A stretch of 64,000 bases of DNA from Alphaproteobacteria bacterium (GTDB lineage Bacteria > Pseudomonadota > Alphaproteobacteria > JANQMY01): the NCBI GenBank assembly GCA_028289425.1, contig JANQPL010000014.1:196886-260885 (forward strand), written 5' to 3'. Under the pieces are notes generated by a model that worked only from the letters and a program-made list of their open reading frames with translations, did not search any database and was not told the origin of the DNA. Shown one piece after another: positions 59,682 to 64,000 of the stretch. The position numbers and the translations under genes are program-made. How positions within the stretch are numbered: the stretch's first letter is position 1; the number at the start of each line of letters is the position of its first letter.

Positions 59682-61271
59682 TCAATAAGCGAGAGCACAA
59701 CCGTCCTTTCGCGGCTCAGAAGCCGCGGTCAGCGTCCCATGGGCCCAGTCGATCGAGACGATCTGACCACCACCAAATGGAACTGCCATTTCGGTTAGTC
59801 GGTGCCCGCGAGCCTCAAGACCGTTCCGAACCTCGAGCGGTAGACTGCGCTCGATTCCCACAGCCCCCATGCCGGCAAACACCCGCGGCGCATCGAGCGC
59901 TTCTTGGGCGTCCATGCCGAAATCGAGCATGTTCATGAGCACCTGGGCATGCCCCATGGGCTGAAAATCGCCGCCCATCACACCGAAGGAATGGTGAACC
60001 CTGCCGTCAGCCATGGACATGCCGGGAATGATCGTATGCAGCGGGCGTTTGCCTGGCGCGATACAATTGGGATGATCCGGATCAAGATTAAATCCGGCTC
60101 CCCTATTCTGCAGAAGGACACCCGATTTCGGCGCGACGATCGCAGAACCGAACCCAAAATAGAGCGAATTGATGAAGGAACAGGCGTTTTGTTCCCCGTC
60201 AATGACCGAAAGATACACGGTATCCCGATATTTGGGACCTTCACGCCGCTTCACATCGGGGACACATTCGTCCATGCGAATGCGGCTTGCCTGTTCCCGC
60301 GCAAATTCATCCGACAGCAGATAATCCACCGGCACGTCCGCATGGCGCGGGTCGGCCACGTAAAGATCCCGGGCTTCAAACGCCAGCCTTTGGGCTTCGA
60401 TCTGCAAATGGTAGCGCTCCGAGGTGAGAGCGCCGTGTTCGTTTAACGAAAACTGACGCAGTATGTTGAGCATGATCAGGGCTGTGATGCCCTGGCCATT
60501 GGGCGGTATCTCGAAGACTTCTTCCTGACTGTATGTGGTTGAGATTGGGGCCACATACTCGCTGCGCTGCCTCTCAAAGTCGGACAGGCTATGCAGGCCG
60601 CCCTTGGCCGTCAGACAACTGACAATATCTTCAGCAACAGCGCCGTCGTAAAAGGCGCCGCGGCCGCGTTCGGCGATCGCCCTCAAAGTGCCGCCAAGCG
60701 CCGGCGACCGGAACGTAGCGCCAATCTCGGGAGCCTTCCCGTCGATCAACAAATGCTGTTTTGCACCTTCATCCCCCATCAACCGGGGGGCCAGGAGCTG
60801 CCAGCCCAGACCGACGATCGGCGATACCACGAAACCCTCTTCCGCATAACGAATCGCCGGCTCCAGCGCCCGCGCAAGGCCAAGCCGGCCATGATCGTTC
60901 ATCAGCGTTTCCCAGGCGTCGATCGCACCGGGCACCGTTACGGCGTGGGAAGATTCCGTCCCGATTTCCGAAATCCCCTGATCTAGATACCAGTCCACTT
61001 GCGCTTTTTCAGGCGCGCATCCGGACCCGTTGATGCCGATGACGGGCCCTTGCCCCTTTTTGGCGAGAAGCGCGAAACAGTCGCCCCCAATGCCAGTGCT
61101 CATGGGTTCGACCACACATAAGACAGCGCACGCGCCGATCGCGGCATCGACGGCATTCCCACCCGCACGCAAGAGATCGATTGCCGCCAATGTCGCCAGC
61201 GGATGGGATGTTGCCGCTGCGCCATTTGCTCCGTGGACGGTCGACCGGCCGGGAAAATGAATATCTCTCAT
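59682..61271 (-). CDS. ggt: Gamma-glutamyltransferase family protein
   Basis: GGNAVDAA, GIGGDCF, VPG, PPNGQG, catalytic DTVY, QNRG, PGKRPLHTIIP, GVMGG. Confidence 0.92.
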   Translation of the reverse strand: MRDIHFPGRSTVHGANGAAATSHPLATLAAIDLLRAGGNAVDAAIGACAVLCVVEPMSTGIGGDCFALLAKKGQGPVIGINGSGCAPEKAQVDWYLDQGISEIGTESSHAVTVPGAIDAWETLMNDHGRLGLARALEPAIRYAEEGFVVSPIVGLGWQLLAPRLMGDEGAKQHLLIDGKAPEIGATFRSPALGGTLRAIAERGRGAFYDGAVAEDIVSCLTAKGGLHSLSDFERQRSEYVAPISTTYSQEEVFEIPPNGQGITALIMLNILRQFSLNEHGALTSERYHLQIEAQRLAFEARDLYVADPRHADVPVDYLLSDEFAREQASRIRMDECVPDVKRREGPKYRDTVYLSVIDGEQNACSFINSLYFGFGSAIVAPKSGVLLQNRGAGFNLDPDHPNCIAPGKRPLHTIIPGMSMADGRVHHSFGVMGGDFQPMGHAQVLMNMLDFGMDAQEALDAPRVFAGMGAVGIERSLPLEVRNGLEARGHRLTEMAVPFGGGQIVSIDWAHGTLTAASEPRKDGCALAY

Positions 61272-61307
61272 AAATGGTCCTCGCTGGACGTGGGTTTTTG
61301 GCAGGCC

Positions 61308-61664
61308 TCAGGATTCCTGATTGCGCACGCGTTCGGCGATGTCGCCTATGGCCGATTCCAGCCGGGCGAGTCTTTCCTTTATTTCCGCAAGATCCCTTGC
61401 AAAACCGGCGAATTCCGGACGGTCAGACGATGCGTCGGTCGGGTCCGGCGTCGAAACACCCGCCCGCGTCGCGATTTCGGCAGCCTCCACTTGCAGCAAT
61501 GTCGACAGTGTCGCTACTTCGCGTGCGGATAGTTCGCGCTGGTCTTTCCAAACTTCGTCCACCTGATCCGGCGCTAACCCTAGCGCGCTGGCAATGATCG
61601 AGCGATCAAATCCCAGTGATTTCAGTTTGGCATCGAACCAGGCTTGGTCGAAGAACAGGGCCAC
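61308..61664 (-). CDS. Cro/C1-like HTH DNA-binding protein with C-terminal coiled coil
   Basis: FFDQAWFDAKL, IASALGL, WKDQREL, heptad tail LAEIKERLARLE; AAGGAAG upstream of GTG. Confidence 0.7.
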   Translation of the reverse strand: MALFFDQAWFDAKLKSLGFDRSIIASALGLAPDQVDEVWKDQRELSAREVATLSTLLQVEAAEIATRAGVSTPDPTDASSDRPEFAGFARDLAEIKERLARLESAIGDIAERVRNQES

Positions 61665-61755
61665 CTCTTTTCTTCCTTAACCACTTGCGTTGTTGCCACA
61701 GTATTTCCCTCAATCCGTCGCCTTTGCAACACGGACGACGGTAAGGATGGCAAAG

Positions 61756-61772
61756 TCGGCACGACTTTTGCC
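61756..61772 (+). promoter_or_regulatory. Sigma54 (-24/-12) promoter
   Basis: TCGGCACGACTTTTGCC versus consensus TGGCACG-N4-TTGC; GG and GC are spaced by exactly 10 nt. Confidence 0.7.
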
Positions 61773-61858
61773 AGTTTTAGTTCAAATTGGAAGGAAGTGT
61801 ATCGCCGCGGGACACTTGTTCGCCTCCCCAAGGTTCCGCAGCACTACTGGAGACCAAA

Positions 61859-61981
61859 ATGGCACAACGCCCACGGAAGACAACAGCGGTCGCGTCGACA
61901 TCATCGACCGATTGGAGTGTGTTCCTGGTACGGTCGATGGAGTTATTTGTCTTCAGCTTTACGATTTACCTGCTGCTCTGA
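61859..61981 (+). CDS. 40-aa small membrane protein (MAQRPRKTTAVASTSSTDWSVFLVRSMELFVFSFTIYLLL)
   Basis: GGAG RBS 6 nt before ATG; basic N-terminus + hydrophobic C-terminus; sits between the sigma54 promoter and a terminator. Confidence 0.6.
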   Translation: MAQRPRKTTAVASTSSTDWSVFLVRSMELFVFSFTIYLLL

Positions 61982-62088
61982 CAGGGGAAGACTACCGCAG
62001 CCAAACCGGAAAGTCCGCCTCCCCGCTGTCTCCCCTCCGGCTGGCGCGGCATAAGGCTCACGAAACAAAGAGCTCACCCCGAAACTTA

Positions 62089-62119
62089 GGGGGCCGATTA
62101 TTCGGCCCCCACTTTTTTT
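62089..62119 (+). terminator. Intrinsic terminator
   Basis: GGGGGCCGA-TTAT-TCGGCCCCC followed by ACTTTTTTT. Confidence 0.85.
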
Positions 62120-62125
62120 GGGCTC

Positions 62126-62566
62126 TTAGCCGGAGCCGAACAATCCGCCATCCGCGCCGATATCGCGGCGAGCGGTCACGATGGAGACGGTGAAGCCGGC
62201 CATGACGTCCACCAATGCCATCATTGTAATCAAGAAAAACGTCGACGTTGCAAATCCCGGCAACACGATGAATTCAACCAAGGCCACCACAAACACGAGC
62301 ATCGAAAGGCCGTGATTGATGATTGAAATGTGGTTGGTTTGGGTTGCTTTGATGATCTCAAAGAATAAAGCGAATAATGTCAGGGTAACAATCAAATCGC
62401 CTGGCGTCAGGCTCCACGCACCGCTGACCAAATTAATCTTGAGCCAATTTGGATTTGTGAGGAAGGCTGCAATCCCCTCTTCACCAATGCCGAACAGACC
62501 ACCGCCAAACGCCATGACATTGTAGACGATGACCATGATGCCGATTAAAGGAAGAGCGTTAAGCAT
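62126..62566 (-). CDS. Conserved four-TM hypothetical membrane protein
   Basis: P...VYN, FEIIKAT, NHGLSMLVF, FATSTFF, ARRD; AAGGGGG RBS. Confidence 0.8.
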   Translation of the reverse strand: MLNALPLIGIMVIVYNVMAFGGGLFGIGEEGIAAFLTNPNWLKINLVSGAWSLTPGDLIVTLTLFALFFEIIKATQTNHISIINHGLSMLVFVVALVEFIVLPGFATSTFFLITMMALVDVMAGFTVSIVTARRDIGADGGLFGSG

Positions 62567-62721
62567 TTTTCCCCCTTATGTGTAATGCCGATACCAAAAT
62601 GCCTCCCGTTTCCGAGCGGCCACCTAATTGTTTCAAAATAGCACACTTCGCTGCCATCACTGAATCATTTGGCGATTCGAGGCATCAAAACAGTGTCCGC
62701 TGTCACATATTTGTCGGTTAA

Positions 62722-63204
62722 CTATACCTTTCCGGGCGTTGTTGCCGGTTCCGCTTGCGCATTGAGATCTGTTTTTGCGAATGACTGGGAAACCGTCGGT
62801 GCGCTGCGCGCTGCCCGCTCAGCCGCCACTGCCGCACTTTGCAGCGCAACAATATCGCGTGCTGATTGGGGCCCAATACCCGGCGCAAACGCAGGCGCCT
62901 TTGGTTTTTCGCCTTGGCTGTTCTTTTCGCGGAAGATCAAGATCAGATTTCGGGCGTAAACGAACAGACCCAAGCCCTGTCCCGCGATAAAGACGGGATC
63001 TTGGCGATAAAGCGCGTAAGAGAACAAGACAACGCCGCCGCCGATGCTGCAATACCAAAACGCCAGCGGAATGATGCTGCGGCCTTCTTGCTCGCTGCGG
63101 AACCACTGAATGATAAAGCGCGATGCAAATAGGGCCTGGCCGCCGAAACCAATCAGCATCCAGACGATTTCCACAGTGCTCATTTCATTCAGCCAATCGA
63201 ACAC
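62722..63204 (-). CDS. Lipid-A-disaccharide synthase N-terminal (LAB_N) domain membrane protein
   Basis: GFGGQALFASRFIIQW..SE....S.IP..FW..S..G, DPVFIAGQ, YARN; GGAG precedes GTG 63204. Confidence 0.85.
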   Translation of the reverse strand: MFDWLNEMSTVEIVWMLIGFGGQALFASRFIIQWFRSEQEGRSIIPLAFWYCSIGGGVVLFSYALYRQDPVFIAGQGLGLFVYARNLILIFREKNSQGEKPKAPAFAPGIGPQSARDIVALQSAAVAAERAARSAPTVSQSFAKTDLNAQAEPATTPGKV

Positions 63205-63209
63205 ACGGC

Positions 63210-63938
63210 CTACTCCAACTCGGTGGTCGCGCCGGGTAAACGGCAGCGCCGCCGCAACCACATCACGCCCAACAAATCGCTGATCGATACCAATGCCCGA
63301 TCCAGCACCCCATATTTCGATTGCCCCCGCAAACGGTGCCGGTGGTTCACATCGACCAGCTTAACAGTATAGCCCTGCCGTTGCATCAGGGCAGGCAGAA
63401 ATCGATGCATATGGTCGAAATAGGGCAGTTCGAAGAAGGCTTCTTTTGAGAATACCTTCAGCCCACACCCGGTGTCGCGGGTATGGTCCGCAAGCGCCCA
63501 TTGGCGGATGCGGTTGGCCCAGCGGGACGCCCACTTTTTCGCATAGCTGTCTTGGCGCTTGCGCCGCTGCCCGGCGACCATGCGCAAATTGGGATCTGCG
63601 GTATCGTCAAAGGCCGCCAAAAGGGAGGGAATGTCGCCGGGATCGTTTTGAGCATCGCCGTCTAGAGTGACAATCAAACGGCCTTTCGCCGCGCGCACGC
63701 CCGTGCGGATCGCAGCACTTTGACCGCTGTTCCGCTCATGCACGATCACCCGCAATGTGGGCACGGTCTTACGCAGCTCTTGCAACGCGGCGCGCGTGCC
63801 GTCGGTGCTGCCGTCATCCACATAGATGATTTCGTAGTCGTGGGCACCCGACAGCGCCTGTTCGATTTCGGAGATGAGCGGGGCGACGTTTTCGGCCTCA
63901 TCCTTGACCGGCACCACCACCGTGACGTCCACCACCAA
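63210..63938 (-). CDS. GT2 polyprenol-phosphate glycosyltransferase (DPM1/ArnC-like)
   Basis: VVVPVKDE, VDDGSTD, GQSAA, LDGDAQNDP, DTGCGLK, HRFLP, GQSKY. Confidence 0.92.
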   Translation of the reverse strand: MVVDVTVVVPVKDEAENVAPLISEIEQALSGAHDYEIIYVDDGSTDGTRAALQELRKTVPTLRVIVHERNSGQSAAIRTGVRAAKGRLIVTLDGDAQNDPGDIPSLLAAFDDTADPNLRMVAGQRRKRQDSYAKKWASRWANRIRQWALADHTRDTGCGLKVFSKEAFFELPYFDHMHRFLPALMQRQGYTVKLVDVNHRHRLRGQSKYGVLDRALVSISDLLGVMWLRRRCRLPGATTELE

Positions 63939-64000
63939 TCCTTTTCTCCGTTCCCCAAAACGCCGATTCAGGCGCGCTTTTGTTCCTAACTTCGCCTTTG

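Overview
A roughly 60% GC chromosomal segment of an alphaproteobacterium. The taxon is inferred from gene order (HIG1-pduO...etfB-etfA-hbd-tlpA/argH-lptM-lysA-TIGR02302-zitP/ftsEX-ydcF-plsC; tyrC-hisC/metX-metW; gloB; bfd-bfr; phaR) and from alpha-type LexA, Fur and CtrA-like motifs. Most of it is housekeeping: class Ia (nrdAB) and class II (nrdJ) ribonucleotide reductases, glpK, tRNA-Leu(CAA), exoD-dsbB-coq7, alkA, gluQ, mcd, amino-acid biosynthesis, cell division, iron storage, a c-di-GMP PDE, ggt and a GT2/LAB_N pair. I found no transposase, integrase, prophage or CRISPR array. Items missing from the ORF track or unexplained by it: (1) a >819-aa soluble FtsH-like AAA+/M41 protease running off the left edge; (2) three small ORFs of 32, 40 and 50 aa, one behind a near-perfect sigma54 promoter; (3) tandem NrdR boxes before nrdAB versus a perfect LexA box before an nrdJ-ycaQ operon; (4) two perfect CRP-type boxes before an uncharacterised membrane protein + exported vWA-like pair; (5) an insert carrying an HpaB-family flavoprotein, a secreted (xxFHG)n His/Arg-rich repeat protein and a secreted cyclase; (6) two exported DUF3892-like paralogues; (7) a Clr-like box before a compositionally atypical SPOR lipoprotein; (8) a composite palindromic repeat present twice, once nested inside another element. 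All family calls come from motifs I recognised by eye, not from database searches.
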